A stretch of 64,000 bases of DNA from an uncultured Actinomycetes bacterium (GCA_963824995.1 CAWGRK010000010.1:270081-334080); one strand, 5' to 3'; shown: positions 12,328 through 24,498, counted from the stretch's first letter. Numbers and translations are program-made. Notes: generated by a model from the letters alone, not told the origin.

Positions 12328-12654
12328 TCAGCGAGCGATGCGCAGCAGGTTGCGGACCTCGCGCACCGGATAGGACACGCTTCCGGTGAGCTCCACCGGG
12401 CCAACCGGCGCCGAACCCGTGTAGCCGGTGTACATATACGTCCCCACCCAGCGGACCGAAGCGTCGATCTGGTAGATCCCCTTCGCCTCATAGAGATGGG
12501 TCGCCGCCGCCTCGGTCACCGACCCGGCCCCGGGCGAAGTGGACTCGTGAACGGAGCCCTCGGTGGCCCAGCGAGACCAGGTCGCCCAGGCTGAGTCGGA
12601 GACCTGATAGGTGACCCCGTTTCCGGGGTCGGTCGCCGGGAAGCCGATGGTCAA
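12328..12654 (-). CDS. Hypothetical protein (orphan 108-aa ORF; the frame stays open upstream to about 12720 with no ATG)
   Basis: Non-biased composition (GNGVTYQVSDSAWATWSRWATEGS ... YMYTGYTGSAPVGPVELTG). I recognise no family. The start is uncertain. Confidence 0.3.
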   Translation of the reverse strand: MTIGFPATDPGNGVTYQVSDSAWATWSRWATEGSVHESTSPGAGSVTEAAATHLYEAKGIYQIDASVRWVGTYMYTGYTGSAPVGPVELTGSVSYPVREVRNLLRIAR

Positions 12655-12707
12655 CTCCGGTCGGGGCCGAACGCCGGGTCCTGCTGGTGCTGGTGAGCCG
12701 GTGGTGG

Positions 12708-14576
12708 TCAGCTTGACCGAGTCAGTTCGAGGATTCTGTTGCCAATGCCCTCGACGTCGAGGCGAGCGAAACGGAGGACCTCATCGGCGGAGCCGGCGGG
12801 CAGGAAGCCATCGCCGATCCCGGCCAACCTCACTCTTCCGGCCATGCCGTGCACCGAGAGCTCCTCGAGCACGGCGGCGCCGAAACCGCCGCTGACCACA
12901 TTGTCCTCAATCGTGAGAACCAGTTCGTGCTCGTCCGCCCATTCGACGAGACGGGGATCGAGCGGCTTGACCCAGCGGGCGTTTATCACCCGGCAGGAGA
13001 CTCCGTGGCCCTCCAGCCCGATGGCCGCCTTGAGCGCGGGTTCCACCATCCGACCAACCGCCAACACGAGGACATCGGTCCCCGGTCGCACCTCGTCCCA
13101 GCGGCCCACCGGCAGCGCCGGGGCGGGAAGGCTGGGAACGGCCGATCCGGCCGCCTTGGGAAAGCGGATGGCGATCGGGCCCGGGTGATCGAGCGCCGTC
13201 TCGATCATCGAGCACAGCTCATCGGCATCGGCCGGGGCGCCCACCACCATGTTTGGGACCATCCGCAGGAATGTCAGGTCGAAGACCCCGTGGTGCGAGG
13301 GCCCATCCGGCCCGGTCACCCCCGAACGGTCTACCAGGAAGGTGACTGGGAGGTCGTGGAGCGCCACGTCGCTGACGATCTGGTCGAGAGCCCGCTGGAG
13401 GAAAGTCGAGTAGATCGCCACCACCGGGCGAAGCCCCCCCATGGCCAGCCCGGCGGCGAGCGTCACCGAGTGCTGCTCACAGATCCCTGTGTCGATCACC
13501 CGCTTCGGCATCTCTGTTTCCATGTCCTGCAGTCCGGTGCTCGACACCATCGCCGCCGAGATCGCCACGACTTCGGGCCGACGCCTCGCCGCCTCGAGAA
13601 GGGCGGCACCTGCGACGTCGGTCAGCTTGCGTTCTTCCTTGAGCGGCCTGCCAGTCCCCACGTCGAAGGCACCCACAGCATGGAGACGATCCACCTCGTC
13701 GGCGATTGCAGGCGGGTAGCCGCGGCCCTTCTCCGTCTGCACCCTGATCACCACCGGTTCGTCGAGCGCCTTCGCCCTGACGAGCGTCTCTTCAAGACTG
13801 GCGAGATCGTGCCCGTCAACAGTGCCCGCGTACTTGATCCCCATCGCATCGAAGACGGTGCTCGGCTCTATCAGCTGCTTCAGGCTTTCCTTGAGACGCC
13901 TCGCCAACTCGTCGGCGGTATCTCCGACGAGGGGCACGCTCCGCAGCACCCGCCCGATGGTGCGCTTCACCCACTCGTACCGCCGGTCGAGCCTGACTCC
14001 GGCGAGCGAGGCGGCCACCCCGCCAACCGTTGCCTGATACGACATTCCGTTGTCGTTGAGCACGATCAGCAGCCGGCGGGGTCGCCTCACCGCGATGTGG
14101 CTCAAGGCTTCGTACGCCATCCCACCGGTGAGAGCACCGTCCCCGATCACCGCAACCGTCCACCGCTCCTCACCCTGATCCTCGGCAGCGATGGCAAGAC
14201 CGAGCGCGTAGCTCAAGGCGGTGGAGGCATGGCTGTTTTCGACATGATCGTGGGGACTCTCGGCGCGCGACGGGTACCCAGAGACGCCGCCGAGGGTGCG
14301 CAGTGAGTCAAAGGTGTCACGACGTCCGGTGATCAGCTTGTGGACGTAAGCCTGGTGCCCGACATCCCAGATGATCCGGTCGTTGGGACTGTCGAATACC
14401 CGGTGCAGCGCCAGCGTGAGTTCGACGACCCCCAGGTTGGGCGAAAGATGCCCGCCGGTGCGCGACAGGGTTTCGATCAGCCGGCCACGGATCTCAGCGG
14501 CGAGGTCGTCGAGTTGTTCCGAGGTCAGATCGCGCAGATCGGACGGATCATCGATTCGGTCGAGAAGTGGCGTCAT
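12708..14576 (-). CDS. dxs: 1-deoxy-D-xylulose-5-phosphate synthase
   Basis: [35 protein letters not shown] ..., TPP-binding [14 protein letters not shown], transketolase-like C-terminus. The 901-aa ORF is an artefactual fusion with the upstream ATPase. Confidence 0.9.
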   Translation of the reverse strand: MTPLLDRIDDPSDLRDLTSEQLDDLAAEIRGRLIETLSRTGGHLSPNLGVVELTLALHRVFDSPNDRIIWDVGHQAYVHKLITGRRDTFDSLRTLGGVSGYPSRAESPHDHVENSHASTALSYALGLAIAAEDQGEERWTVAVIGDGALTGGMAYEALSHIAVRRPRRLLIVLNDNGMSYQATVGGVAASLAGVRLDRRYEWVKRTIGRVLRSVPLVGDTADELARRLKESLKQLIEPSTVFDAMGIKYAGTVDGHDLASLEETLVRAKALDEPVVIRVQTEKGRGYPPAIADEVDRLHAVGAFDVGTGRPLKEERKLTDVAGAALLEAARRRPEVVAISAAMVSSTGLQDMETEMPKRVIDTGICEQHSVTLAAGLAMGGLRPVVAIYSTFLQRALDQIVSDVALHDLPVTFLVDRSGVTGPDGPSHHGVFDLTFLRMVPNMVVGAPADADELCSMIETALDHPGPIAIRFPKAAGSAVPSLPAPALPVGRWDEVRPGTDVLVLAVGRMVEPALKAAIGLEGHGVSCRVINARWVKPLDPRLVEWADEHELVLTIEDNVVSGGFGAAVLEELSVHGMAGRVRLAGIGDGFLPAGSADEVLRFARLDVEGIGNRILELTRSS

Positions 14577-14615
14577 GGCTCGAGGTCCCATGTTGGCACG
14601 GCAAGAGAGGCTACT

Positions 14616-14652
14616 TGTCTGCCCTCTGCCGTCTGCCGTCTGCCGTCTTGCT
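14616..14652 (+). repeat. Heptamer tandem repeat (CTGCCGT)n, copy b, between the ABC ATPase stop and the dxs start
   Basis: GTCTGCCCTCTGCCGTCTGCCGTCTGCCGTCTTGCTC, 2 nt from the TAA at 14654-14656 and about 40 nt from the dxs ATG. Confidence 0.8.
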
Positions 14653-14653
14653 C

Positions 14654-15413
14654 TTACAGGATCTGTGCGAAGAAGTTCTGGGTGCGCTCGTGCTGGGGAT
14701 TCGGTGAACACGTCCTCAGCGGGACCCTCCTCGACCACCTTGCCCTCGTCCATGAAAACGAGATGAGACCCCACCTGTCTGGCGAACCCCATCTCGTGGG
14801 TTACCACCACCATCGTCATCCCGGTATGAGCCAGATCGCGCATGACGTCGAGCACCTCCTTGATCATCTCCGGATCGAGCGCCGAAGTCGCCTCGTCGAA
14901 GAGCATCACCTTCGGAGTCATCGCCAGCGCCCGGGCGATGGCGACCCTCTGCTGCTGCCCCCCCGAAAGCTGCGACGGCTTCTTTCCAGCCTGCTCCGGG
15001 ATGCCGACCCGCTCGAGAAGAGACCTTGCCCTCTTTTCCGCCTCGACCCGGTTCCGTTTGAGCACCCGCCGTTGCGCCACCGTGATGTTGTCCAGCACCG
15101 AGAGATGCGGGAAGAGGTTGAACTGCTGGAAGACCATCCCCACCTCGGTCCGCATCCGGTTGATGTCGGTGGTCTTGGCCTCAAGGTTGACCCCGTCGAT
15201 GTAGACCTCGCCGCTGGTAGGCACCTCGAGGTGGTTCATGCAGCGCAGCACGGTCGACTTTCCCGACCCCGAGGGCCCGACGATGACCATGACCTCACCG
15301 GTGCGCACCGTGACGCTCACCCCGGCCACTGCGTGGATCTCGCCGAACCACTTGTGGAGGTCGCGCACCACCACCCTGTCGGGTGCTTCAGACACGTTTG
15401 AGCCGCCTGCCAT
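14654..15413 (-). CDS. Polar amino-acid ABC transporter ATP-binding protein; 1-nt indel about 14 codons before the stop
   Basis: [24 protein letters not shown]. The C-terminus reads ...DVFTE and then switches frame to [14 protein letters not shown]. Confidence 0.85.
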
Positions 15414-16200
15414 ACCACTGAACCACTAGAGAGAGGATGAGGGTGAACAACAGATAGAGGAAGGTCATGGCGAGGAACGTCTCCCGGAACTGGAACGATG
15501 AGTTGGCGTAGAGCCGTCCCATTTGGGTGATCTCACGAACCCCGAGTACCGAGAGCAGCGACGAATCCTTGAGCATGGCAATGAAGTCGTTGCCGAGCGC
15601 GGGAAGCACGTTGCGCACCGCTTGGGGCAGCACGATCACCCGCATGGCGGTCCTGCGCTTCATACCCAGCGAGCGGGCCGCCTCCATCTGCCCTACCGGG
15701 ACCGACTCCACACCCGCCCGAAAGACCTCGGCTATGTACGCCCCGTAGATGATGGTGAGGGCGATGATCGCCCTCCATTCCTGGGATATTCGGTTGGCGA
15801 CGCCGAGAGCGTCACTCACCTCGGGGACGATCCAGAGTGCCACCACGAAGATGAGCACCAGAATCGGTACCCCTCGAACGAACTCGATATAGAGGGTCGC
15901 CAGGTTGCGAATGAGCACGTTGCGCGAGATCCGCCCTAACCCGGTGAAGAGGCCCACTACCAGGGCCAGGGAGAAAGCGATCATCGTCGCTCGGATGGTG
16001 ACCGGTATCCCTTGCACCACCGCGTCCTTGGCGCCGGCATACCGGGGGTCGAAGAAGACCAGATAGCCGAGGTAGATCAGGATCCCGACGAGGGTGAAGA
16101 ACCACCACGGGGCGTCGACGAGACGTCGACTCAGCCCCGGCACCTCGATACCGGCGCGCTCCATCTCTGGGGTGCGGCGCTCGACTTCTGGGAGGGTCAT
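15388..16200 (-). CDS. Polar amino-acid ABC transporter permease (HisM/GlnP family)
   Basis: 270 aa; EAA loop [27 protein letters not shown]. Confidence 0.85.
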   Translation of the reverse strand: MTLPEVERRTPEMERAGIEVPGLSRRLVDAPWWFFTLVGILIYLGYLVFFDPRYAGAKDAVVQGIPVTIRATMIAFSLALVVGLFTGLGRISRNVLIRNLATLYIEFVRGVPILVLIFVVALWIVPEVSDALGVANRISQEWRAIIALTIIYGAYIAEVFRAGVESVPVGQMEAARSLGMKRRTAMRVIVLPQAVRNVLPALGNDFIAMLKDSSLLSVLGVREITQMGRLYANSSFQFRETFLAMTFLYLLFTLILSLVVQWYGRRLKRV

Positions 16201-16248
16201 GCTGTGGGGCGCCAGGCTACCGCCGCCCCACAGCTCAGAGTGGTGTGA

Positions 16249-17178
16249 TCAGCTGGAGAACCAGGTGGCGTTGATCTCGTCGAGCGTCCCGTCGTCACGC
16301 ATCGAATCAAGAGCGGCGTTGACCTGATCGACCAGTTCGCTCCCCTTGGGGAAAATGAACCCAAGCTCATCGGACCTGAGTGAGCCCTGCACCAACTTGA
16401 TCTTGTTGGCGTTCTGACCGATGTAACCCTGACCGGCCGTGTCATCGATGATGACGGCATCGGCGTCGCCGCTGATCAAAGCCTGCACCGCGAACCCGAA
16501 CTGCTCGAAGGCCAGGACCCGCTCCTGACCGTACTCGTCAAGAGCAATCGTCAGGTTGGTCGTCCCGTTCTGGGTGGCCACTATGTAGTCGCTTGCCTTG
16601 AACTCCTCGAGCGTGGTGAAACGGTCCTCGTCGATCCGCACCATGAGTCGCTGCTCGACCGCGATGTATCCGTCGGAGAAGTCGACCTGCTCCTTGCGCT
16701 CGTCGGTGATCGTGATCCCGTCGGCGGCGACGTCGTACTGCCCCTGCGAGACGGCGATGATCATCCCGTCCCAAGCCGTCTCCACGAACTCTGGCGTGCA
16801 GTTGAGACGTGAGCAGATCTCGTTCCAGGCGTCGTAGTCCCACCCGGCCGGCTCTCCGGTGTCCTCGTCGATGTAATTGAACGGCGGGTAGGCGTTCTCC
16901 ACCGCAACGGTCACCGCCCGGCCCTCCAGATCAGGCAGTGCCCCAGCCGACGTCGTCTCCGTCGCGGCCTCGGTGGTCTCGGTGGCCAACGTCGTTTCCG
17001 CCGCCGTGGTCGTGTCAGCCGCAGCCGTCGTGTCCGCGGCCACCGTGCTCGCGATGCCACCCGCAGTGGTCTCGGCGCCGCCGCCGGCAATGGTGGTGGC
17101 GGACGTACCACCACCGCATGCCGCCAGCAACACCACCACCACCAAGAGGGCAGAAGTCGCCCATCGCTTCCTGATCAT
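16249..17178 (-). CDS. Amino-acid ABC transporter substrate-binding lipoprotein
   Basis: Starts [23 protein letters not shown] (lipobox) with RBS GGAGGAAG. PBP2 fold motifs. Confidence 0.8.
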   Translation of the reverse strand: MIRKRWATSALLVVVVLLAACGGGTSATTIAGGGAETTAGGIASTVAADTTAAADTTTAAETTLATETTEAATETTSAGALPDLEGRAVTVAVENAYPPFNYIDEDTGEPAGWDYDAWNEICSRLNCTPEFVETAWDGMIIAVSQGQYDVAADGITITDERKEQVDFSDGYIAVEQRLMVRIDEDRFTTLEEFKASDYIVATQNGTTNLTIALDEYGQERVLAFEQFGFAVQALISGDADAVIIDDTAGQGYIGQNANKIKLVQGSLRSDELGFIFPKGSELVDQVNAALDSMRDDGTLDEINATWFSS

Positions 17179-17328
17179 TTGCTTCCTCCGTTTTTGGCCC
17201 CTTAGGGGGACCGGCATGGTACTGAGCGCCAGATACTCGGCCGCCGTCTCCGGGCGATTTTCCCCAGCGAGTGGAAGGCCCGAGCGCAGCGTGCAGGCCT
17301 CTGCCTCCGCCGCTGCTCCACAGCGATC

Positions 17329-17360
17329 CCTCTCCGTCCGCCGTCCGCCGTAGCCGTCCG
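17329..17360 (+). repeat. Heptamer repeat, degenerate copy c, about 10-20 nt downstream of the sensor-kinase stop
   Basis: CTCTCCGTCCGCCGTCCGCCGTAGCCGTCCGC. Confidence 0.6.
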
Positions 17361-17378
17361 CTCGTCTTGCCCATCGGC

Positions 17379-19092
17379 TCAGCCGCTGGGCAAATACAGG
17401 CGGAAGACGCTGCCGCGTCCTAGTTCACTCTCGGCTTCGATGCGGCCGCCGTGGCGGTGGGCGACATGGCGGACGATGGCGAGGCCGAGACCGGTCCCGC
17501 CGGTGTTGCGCGACCGGGAGGCATCCACCCGGTAGAAGCGCTCGAAGATCCTGGGAAGGTCACGGGTCGGTATCCCGATGCCGGTGTCCTCGACGGCGAG
17601 CACCACTCCTCCCTCCACATCGTCGAGCCGCACCGTGACCTTCCCCCCCCGATCGGTGTACCCCATGGCGTTCTCCACGAGATTCCGCACTGCCAGCACC
17701 AGGTCGCCCGGCTTACCCGAGACTTTGACCGGGTGGAGGCTGCTCTCGAGAGTTACCCCGCGCTCAGCCGCCAATGGCGCGGCTCTATCGAGCACCTCGG
17801 TAACGAGACCGGAGAGCTCGACCTCCTCGGGACTGATCTGCTCGGTCTCCAATCGGGAGAGGTCGAGAAGGTCGCCGACGATGCGACCGAGTCGAACCGC
17901 CGATTGCTCCGCGCCGGCGGCCAAGCGCTTGGCTGTCTCCGGATCGCGGTCGATCGCCGCCTGGACGGTTTCCATTGCCGCCTGGATCGAAGCAACCGGT
18001 GTCTTCAACTCGTGCGATGCGTCGGCGACGAACGAATGACGCATCGCCTCGATTCGTCTCTGCTCGGTGACGTTTCTGATCGTGAGAACGACACCCCCAT
18101 GAGCATCCAGCGGGACGGCGCTCACCTCGAACGCCTGCTCGGGGCGGCCGTGGCCGGATCTCTGCGGCAACCGGCTCCCCTGACTCCCGCGCCGCCCGCA
18201 CCAGCCCTTGGAGCGGGTGGGGGACCATTCGGGCGAGCACCTCGGGTGTTGGGCCTATCAGGTCCTCTGCCGCCTTGTTGGCGTATGCCACCGCGTCGTC
18301 CGGCTCGATGAGGACCACGCCGCTATCAAGTGTCGCCAGCACCAGATCCCGCCGCGCCCGCTCCTGGTTGGCTTCCTCCAGCCGCGCCCCGAGTTGTTCC
18401 GCCATATGGTTGAAGGCTGACCCCAGTCGCTCCACCTCGACCACACGGCTCGGCGGGACTCTCGTCTCCAGATCTCCTTCGGCGATGCGGTCCACTGAGG
18501 CGGTGAGGCTCTCGATGGGTGCCGCCAGACGCCGGGCGACGAGCCAGACAACCAACAGGCCGACCGCCGCAACGGCCAGACCCACGAGGAACATGGCCAA
18601 GCGAGATCGATCGAGCCTGTTCTGCACCTCCTCGAGCGGGAGGGCCAGCCTCACGATCAGGCCGCCTCGGGGGGGAAGAGCCGTGTAGAGATAGGCCTGC
18701 CCGGTCGTCTCGCTCTCTCTCTCCGCCGACCCCACTTCGCCTTGCAACGCTTCGCGCACTTCCTCTCTGACGGCGTGATCCTCGACCGTGGATGCGTCTG
18801 CATCAGAGTCCGCCAGGACGGTGCCCTCGATATCGATGAAGGTGACCCTCACGTCTCCGTTCTCGCCGAGACGGCTCGCCATGCTCTGCAGCTCGTCGAG
18901 CTCGGCGAGGGCGGCGATGGTTGCCGCCTCCCTGACGAGCGAGTCCCTGAGCTCGCGGCGTACCTGATCGGCGAGGAGGCGATCCACGCCGACACCCACG
19001 CCGATGAGGACCACGAGGACGGTGAAGGCGTACCAGGTGACGAGGCGTCGGCCAAGCGTCGAGGAGCGGCGGGCCCCGACGCCTTCAGGCAT
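17379..19092 (-). pseudogene. Two-component sensor histidine kinase (PhoR/SenX3-like); one frame change near 18140-18170
   Basis: The N-terminal frame (19092..~18170) has TM segments, HAMP and PAS. The C-terminal frame (18170..17379) has the H-box FVADASHELKTP and HATPase motifs (GGTGLGLAIV). Confidence 0.75.
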
Positions 19093-19795
19093 CGATCAGC
19101 TTGTACCCCAGCCCGCGGACGGTGGTGATCAACGCCGGTCGGTGTGGATCGGGCTCGAGCTTCTGGCGGAGTCGCTTGATGTGTACGTCCAGGGTCTTGG
19201 TATCTCCGAAGTAGTGCGGACCCCAAACTTCGTCGATGAGGACGTCGCGAGTGGCCAGCCTGTCCTTGCGGCGTATCAGCGCCTCGAGCAGCTCGAACTC
19301 CTTGGGCCGCAGCGGGACAAGGCTACCGCCCACCCGGACTTCGTGGCGTTCGATGTCCATTTCCACCATGGCGGCGCGAAGGACTTCTCCTCCATAGACC
19401 GCCCTCGTGTCCGCCATGTCGTAACGGCGCAACGCGGCCCGCACCCGTGATACCAGCTCGCGCATCGAGAACGGCTTGGTGACGTAGTCGTCCGCTCCAA
19501 GCTCGAGACCGGCGACCTTGTCCGCCTCGCTGTCCTTGGCGGTGAGCACGATGATCGGCACGTCCGAGATCGCCCTGATGTGTCGGCATACGTCCAGACC
19601 CGATAGCTCGGGGAGCATGAGGTCGAGCAACACGAGGTTCACTGGTCCCTGCCGCGCCTCCTCGAGCCCAGCTCGACCGTTTTCGGCGATGGCGACCTCG
19701 AAACCTTCCATCTCCAACACGTAGCGCACCGAATCGGCAAGGGCCGGCTCGTCCTCGACTATCAAGATCCTCGGTGTGCGGTCAGTCGCGACCAT
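19085..19795 (-). CDS. OmpR/PhoB-family response regulator (PhoP/RegX3-like)
   Basis: Starts MVATDRTPRILIVEDEPALADS, has receiver Asp in LVLLDLMLP and a winged-helix output domain (TLDVHIKRLRQKLE). Confidence 0.85.
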   Translation of the reverse strand: MVATDRTPRILIVEDEPALADSVRYVLEMEGFEVAIAENGRAGLEEARQGPVNLVLLDLMLPELSGLDVCRHIRAISDVPIIVLTAKDSEADKVAGLELGADDYVTKPFSMRELVSRVRAALRRYDMADTRAVYGGEVLRAAMVEMDIERHEVRVGGSLVPLRPKEFELLEALIRRKDRLATRDVLIDEVWGPHYFGDTKTLDVHIKRLRQKLEPDPHRPALITTVRGLGYKLIDA

Positions 19796-20474
19796 TCCTG
19801 TTTGCGATGCCTTCCTCGATGAACTCCTGCAATTGACCGGTGGCCACGAAGGCGACCTGCTCGCCGATGTCCACCGCCTGGTCGCCGATCCTCTCCAGCG
19901 CACGAGAGACCATCATCATTCTCGTCGCCCACTCGAGCAGAGCAAGGTCGGTTCCAGTCTCGACCACCTCCCGGTACATGTTGCGGTTGAGACGATCGAT
20001 CGGCTCGTCCATCGAGGGAAGCAGTCGGGCCTCGTCGGCGTCGCGCCGCACGAACGCCTGGAGGGCGGTCCGGATCATCGGGAGCACCTGGTCGCCCATC
20101 TCCCTGATCTGGCCGACGATACGTTCGCTGCGCGGCAGGCCCGCGGTTGCCTTGGTGATAGTGGCGATGTTGACCGCCTGGTCGCCCATTCGCTCCAGCG
20201 TTATCAGCAAGTGGAGCAGCGAGGAGAGCATCCGCAGGTCGGCACCCATCGGGCTTTGACGGGCGACAAGCTCGATCCACTGCCGATGGGCCTCGAGATA
20301 GATCCGGTCGATCTCGTCGTCCATCGCCACCACCAGATCGGCTGCTGCAATATCGTCGGCGACAAAGGCGTCAACTGAGGCGGCGACCGCCCTCTCCGCT
20401 TTGTCGCCCACGTCGAGCACCTGCTGCTCCAGGGCGGCCAGGTCCTCGTGGAACCGGGCCCTGGTGTCTGTCAT
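19782..20474 (-). CDS. phoU: Phosphate signalling complex protein PhoU
   Basis: Starts [18 protein letters not shown] (ATGA overlap with the pstB stop). Two PhoU repeats. Confidence 0.85.
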   Translation of the reverse strand: MTDTRARFHEDLAALEQQVLDVGDKAERAVAASVDAFVADDIAAADLVVAMDDEIDRIYLEAHRQWIELVARQSPMGADLRMLSSLLHLLITLERMGDQAVNIATITKATAGLPRSERIVGQIREMGDQVLPMIRTALQAFVRRDADEARLLPSMDEPIDRLNRNMYREVVETGTDLALLEWATRMMMVSRALERIGDQAVDIGEQVAFVATGQLQEFIEEGIANRNGRD

Positions 20475-21415
20475 CAGCCAAATCTCCCCGTGATGTAGTC
20501 CTCGGTCTCTGTCTTGGTCGGAGAAGTGAAGAGCTGATCGGTGTGGTCGAACTCGACGAGTCGCCCGGTCCGATCCCCTTGCGAACCGACATCGACGCTG
20601 AAGAATGCGGTCCGGTCGCTCACCCGGGCGGCCTGCTGCATGTTGTGGGTGACGATGATGATGGTGTAGTCCTTCTTGAGCTCGAGCATGAGCTCCTCGA
20701 TCCTGAGTGTGGCGATGGGGTCGAGCGCCGAGCATGGCTCGTCCATCAACACCACATCTGGGTTGGTGGCGATGGCCCTAGCGATGCAGAGTCGCTGTTG
20801 CTGACCGCCGGAGAGAGCGAGTGCCGACTCCTGGAGCTTGTCCTTGACCTCGTCCCAGAGGGCGGCGCGGGTGAGGCTCTCCTCGATGAGCGCATCGGCG
20901 TCGCCCTTGAACCCGGCGATCTTGGGCCCGAACATGATGTTCTCGTAGATGGTCTTGGGAAACGGGTTTGGCTTCTGAAAAACCATGCCGACATGTCGTC
21001 GCACCTGAACGGCGTCTACGCCCTCGCCATAGAGATCGACACCGTGATAAAGGATCTCGCCCTCCACCCGGGCGGTCTCGATCAGGTCGTTCATACGGTT
21101 GAAACAACGCAGCACTGTCGACTTGCCGCACCCCGACGGACCGATCAGCGCGGTGATCTCGTTCTGTCGGATAGGGAGGTCCACCTCCTTCACGGCCAAG
21201 AATTCCCCGTAGTAGACGTGAAGGTTTCGCACGTCGAGCATTACCGGCCGGTCTCGGCCGTCGTCGACGGAATGGCGAACCGTGGGTGCTGCGACGTGCG
21301 GGCTTGTGGACGAGTGATCGAGGACGTCCTCGATCTGTGCCGGTTGGTGGGTGGACATCGGTTCGGGGCCTCCGGATTCAGCGTCTGGCATAACGATCTC
21401 TGAGAATGATGGCAA
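20474..21415 (-). CDS. pstB: Phosphate ABC transporter ATP-binding protein PstB (the true start is probably an internal Met, about 21355-21390)
   Basis: [13 protein letters not shown] ... GPSGCGKST ... [16 protein letters not shown] ... ends ITGRFG. Confidence 0.9.
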   Translation of the reverse strand: MPSFSEIVMPDAESGGPEPMSTHQPAQIEDVLDHSSTSPHVAAPTVRHSVDDGRDRPVMLDVRNLHVYYGEFLAVKEVDLPIRQNEITALIGPSGCGKSTVLRCFNRMNDLIETARVEGEILYHGVDLYGEGVDAVQVRRHVGMVFQKPNPFPKTIYENIMFGPKIAGFKGDADALIEESLTRAALWDEVKDKLQESALALSGGQQQRLCIARAIATNPDVVLMDEPCSALDPIATLRIEELMLELKKDYTIIIVTHNMQQAARVSDRTAFFSVDVGSQGDRTGRLVEFDHTDQLFTSPTKTETEDYITGRFG

Positions 21416-22319
21416 CGGCGTTGATGATGAGGAGCAGGACGAGCAGAACCAGGATCGCTGCCGCGGTGAGCGCCTGGAACTCGGGTTGCGGTTGGCGCGA
21501 CCAGTTGAAGATGACGACGGGCAGGGCGGTGTACGGCTCAGACGTCATGAGATCAACAAAGCTGGCACCCGCCGAAACCTGGAAGAAGTTGGTCACCAGC
21601 GCTCCAGCGAGAAGCAGGGGTGCCGCCTCTCCGAAGGCGCGGGCGATGGTGAGCACCGATCCGGTAAGCACCGCCGGCATCGCCACTGGGAGAACATGAT
21701 GGCGGATCGTCTCCCACTTGGTCGCTCCGACTCCGAACGAAGCTTCGCGCAGCGCCTGGGGAACAGCACGGAGCGCTTCCTGGGTGGTGATGATCATGAT
21801 CGGTATGACCAAGACAGCGAGGGTCAGGCCACCTGCGACGACGGTACGCCCGTTGGTGACCGAAGCCATCGCCTGGACGAACACCGCCAAACCGAGCAAT
21901 CCGTAGACGATCGAGGGGACGCCGGCCAGGTTGCGGATGTTGGCCACCAACAGCCTGTTGAGGGTGCTGTCCTTGGCGTATTCCTCGAGGTAGATGGCTG
22001 CCCCCACCCCGAGCGGGAAGGCGACCACGATGACGATGCCGGTGAGTGCCAGCGACCCCATGATGCCCTGGAGAATCCCCGACTGGGTCGGATCAGGGGA
22101 CAGTGGCGCCGTGATGAAGCTGAGGCCGCGCTCGGCGAACACCGGCCATGCCGTCCTGATCACATCGATCAACAGCACCGCCAGGATGAGGAGCGAGGAG
22201 AGCAGCGCGATCAGGAGCAGGAGCTGGATGAGGACATCGACCCAGCTGAGCCTCCTGCCTTGAAGGCTGCGGCGAACCAGCTCTGGTGTCAGTTCTCGGC
22301 GCTCGGTGGTGATAGCCAT
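21378..22319 (-). CDS. pstA: Phosphate ABC transporter permease PstA
   Basis: 313 aa polytopic protein with EAA-type loop [16 protein letters not shown]. Confidence 0.85.
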   Translation of the reverse strand: MAITTERRELTPELVRRSLQGRRLSWVDVLIQLLLLIALLSSLLILAVLLIDVIRTAWPVFAERGLSFITAPLSPDPTQSGILQGIMGSLALTGIVIVVAFPLGVGAAIYLEEYAKDSTLNRLLVANIRNLAGVPSIVYGLLGLAVFVQAMASVTNGRTVVAGGLTLAVLVIPIMIITTQEALRAVPQALREASFGVGATKWETIRHHVLPVAMPAVLTGSVLTIARAFGEAAPLLLAGALVTNFFQVSAGASFVDLMTSEPYTALPVVIFNWSRQPQPEFQALTAAAILVLLVLLLIINAVAIILRDRYARR

Positions 22320-22320
22320 C

Positions 22321-23246
22321 TCAGTACTTCTGCCTGAATCTGCGAACCAGACGCTCGCTGAACACGTTGAGCCCCAGCGTCATCAAGAAGAGCAACAAGC
22401 CGACAAAGAACAGGCTCTGGAATGCGGATGAGTCCCCCGCTACCTGGTCGGATCCGATGGCAAGCGAAGCCATCGCCGCCGTCATCGTGGTGCCTCCTTG
22501 GGTTATGTCGACATTGAGCAGTGCCCCACCCGATGCACCGGCGGCGATGGCGACCACCATTGTCTCGCCAAGCGCCCGGGCAAACCCGAGGATCACGGCG
22601 GCAACGATCCCCGAGAGCGCAGCAGGAAAAATGACCCGGAGGCTGGTGTGCCAGCGCTTGGCACCGAGCCCGTATGACGCCTCGCGCAACGACTGGGGCA
22701 CGGCTCGCATGGCGTCCTCGGCGACCGACGCGACCAGGGGAATGATGAGGATGCCCACTGCGATCCCGGCTGCGCCGTAGTTGAACACCTGGGCGTCTTC
22801 CCAGATGGCCTGCATGATGTTCGGGGTGATGAACGACAGGGCGAAGAACCCAAGGACCACACTCGGGACCCCGGCCAATATCTCGAGCGTCGGCTTGAGC
22901 GCTCTCCGCACCCCGGGTCGGGCGTATTCGGAGAGATAGATGGCAGCGCCCAAGCCGAGTGGCAACGCCACCACCAGGGCCACCAGAGTGATCATCAACG
23001 ATCCGACGAAGATCGTGGGGATGCTGAATCGACCCCGCCTAGGGAACCAGCCGTCGGCCCACAGCTGATTGAGGTCGATGGCCCGTAGGAACTCGACCGC
23101 ATCGATCAACACAGAGAGCACGATGCCGATGCTCACCAGGACTGATAGCAGCGCGGTCAGGAAGAAGATCGTACGAACGATCGACTCGCGCCGACGCCGG
23201 CGCGGGTCCCCCTCAGCAGCTTGGCCATGTCCTGCTTTGTGGTCAT
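22321..23246 (-). CDS. pstC: Phosphate ABC transporter permease PstC; N-terminus carries a 1-nt indel in a G5 run near 23205
   Basis: ATG at 23246 gives MTTKQDMAKLLRG. The frame then switches at ctgaGGGGGacc into ...DPRRRRRESIVRTIFFLTALLSVLVSIGIVL. EAA loop LREASYGLGAKRW. Confidence 0.8.
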
Positions 23247-23303
23247 CTAGCTCCTCATGGATGACCGGGCAGGCAAGGCTACCCGCCCGGTCGATCCGGG
23301 TTC

Positions 23304-24392
23304 TCAGGCTCCGGCTGCTGACTTGGCGTCTTCCCAGGCGGTCCGTGTCGCCTCCAGGTCGGGGGTGTTTACGTAGCCTGCCTCGGCCGTGGCGCTGATG
23401 CCCTCGTCGCCCAGGTAGAAGTCGACGAACGAGACCAGCTCTGGCCGGCTGGCCAGGTCAGTGGTCTTGACATAGATGAACAACGGCCGCGAGATGGGAT
23501 AGCTGCCGTCCGCAACCGATTCGATGCTCGGCACCACGCATCCCTCGCCGCCATCGATCTCTAGCGCCGTGACGGTCCCCTCGTTGGCGGTGAAGAAGGC
23601 GAACCCCACCCAGCCGAGAGAGGTATCGTTGTCGGCCACGCCCTCGATGATGACGTTGTCGTTGGGCGACGCCTGGTAGTCGGCCCGGGTGAAGTAGTCG
23701 TTCTCGCCGTCTCCGTCGAGATCTTCGGGAGCTCGCTCTTCCTGGATCGGCTCGATCACCGTCTCGACGAAGAAGTCGTATGTGCCCGACTCCTCACCCG
23801 GGGCGGTGATAACCAATGGCGCCTCCGGGTAGGGGGCGTGCCCGGCGCCGAGTTCCGCGGCGAGGTCGTTGGCATCTGACCAGTTGGCGAATCCCTCCGA
23901 CTCCGGCCCAACCAGCGCGTACAGATCGTTGAAGTCGAGGCAGGTCACCTCGGCATTGTTGGGGCTTGTGATGACGGTCAATCCGTCGAGGCCGATGAGC
24001 AACTCGACGTACTCGACACCAGCCTCCTCACAGAGGGCGATTTCGTCCTCGTCGATCGCCCGCGAGGCGTTGGAGATGTCGGTCTCGTTGTTGCAGAAAC
24101 GGGCGAACCCGTCACCAGTGCCGGGACCCTCGACCGAGATGGCCACGTCGGGGTTGTCAGCACCCCAGTTCTGCGCGGCGAGCGCGGTGACGGGCTCGAC
24201 GGTGGACGACCCCGAGACCACGATGCCCCCGGCTTCTCCGGATGCCGTCGTCGCAGAGCCACCGTCAGCGGCGCTCGTATCGGTGCCGTCTCCAGAGGTC
24301 GTTGTGTCGGTGCTCCCGCCCCCGCAGGCGGCGATCACCAGCGCCAAGAGGCTCAGCACAGCCACCAGGCGAACCTGTTTCCCGAATATCAT
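23304..24392 (-). CDS. pstS: Phosphate-binding lipoprotein PstS
   Basis: Start MIFGKQVRLVAVLSLLALVIAACGG with AAGGAG RBS 6 nt upstream. GSSTVEP and YPISRPLFIYV PstS signatures. Confidence 0.85.
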   Translation of the reverse strand: MIFGKQVRLVAVLSLLALVIAACGGGSTDTTTSGDGTDTSAADGGSATTASGEAGGIVVSGSSTVEPVTALAAQNWGADNPDVAISVEGPGTGDGFARFCNNETDISNASRAIDEDEIALCEEAGVEYVELLIGLDGLTVITSPNNAEVTCLDFNDLYALVGPESEGFANWSDANDLAAELGAGHAPYPEAPLVITAPGEESGTYDFFVETVIEPIQEERAPEDLDGDGENDYFTRADYQASPNDNVIIEGVADNDTSLGWVGFAFFTANEGTVTALEIDGGEGCVVPSIESVADGSYPISRPLFIYVKTTDLASRPELVSFVDFYLGDEGISATAEAGYVNTPDLEATRTAWEDAKSAAGA

Positions 24393-24498
24393 CTTTGCTC
24401 CTTGCAAGCTTCCGCGCATTTGCCCGAGGGCCGCGCCCGGGCAGACTGCCCGGCCACCGGCCGGGACGGTATCCACAGGTCTTTACCGCACCCTGGCT

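Noticed and set aside
12708-15413. 901-aa ORF apparently fusing an ABC ATPase to Dxs
   Set aside because: A 1-nt indel near 14700 removes the ATPase stop. The true ATPase ends [12 protein letters not shown] at 14654 and dxs starts at 14576. These are two genes separated by an 80-nt spacer containing the heptamer repeat.
17195-17216. GGCCCCTTAGGGGGACC hairpin preceded by T5 as a rho-independent terminator
   Set aside because: The U-run is on the 5-prime side of the stem for the only transcript that would need terminating (minus strand, from the kinase gene). It sits inside the 5-prime leader of the SBP gene, so it is more likely an operator or leader structure. Not called.
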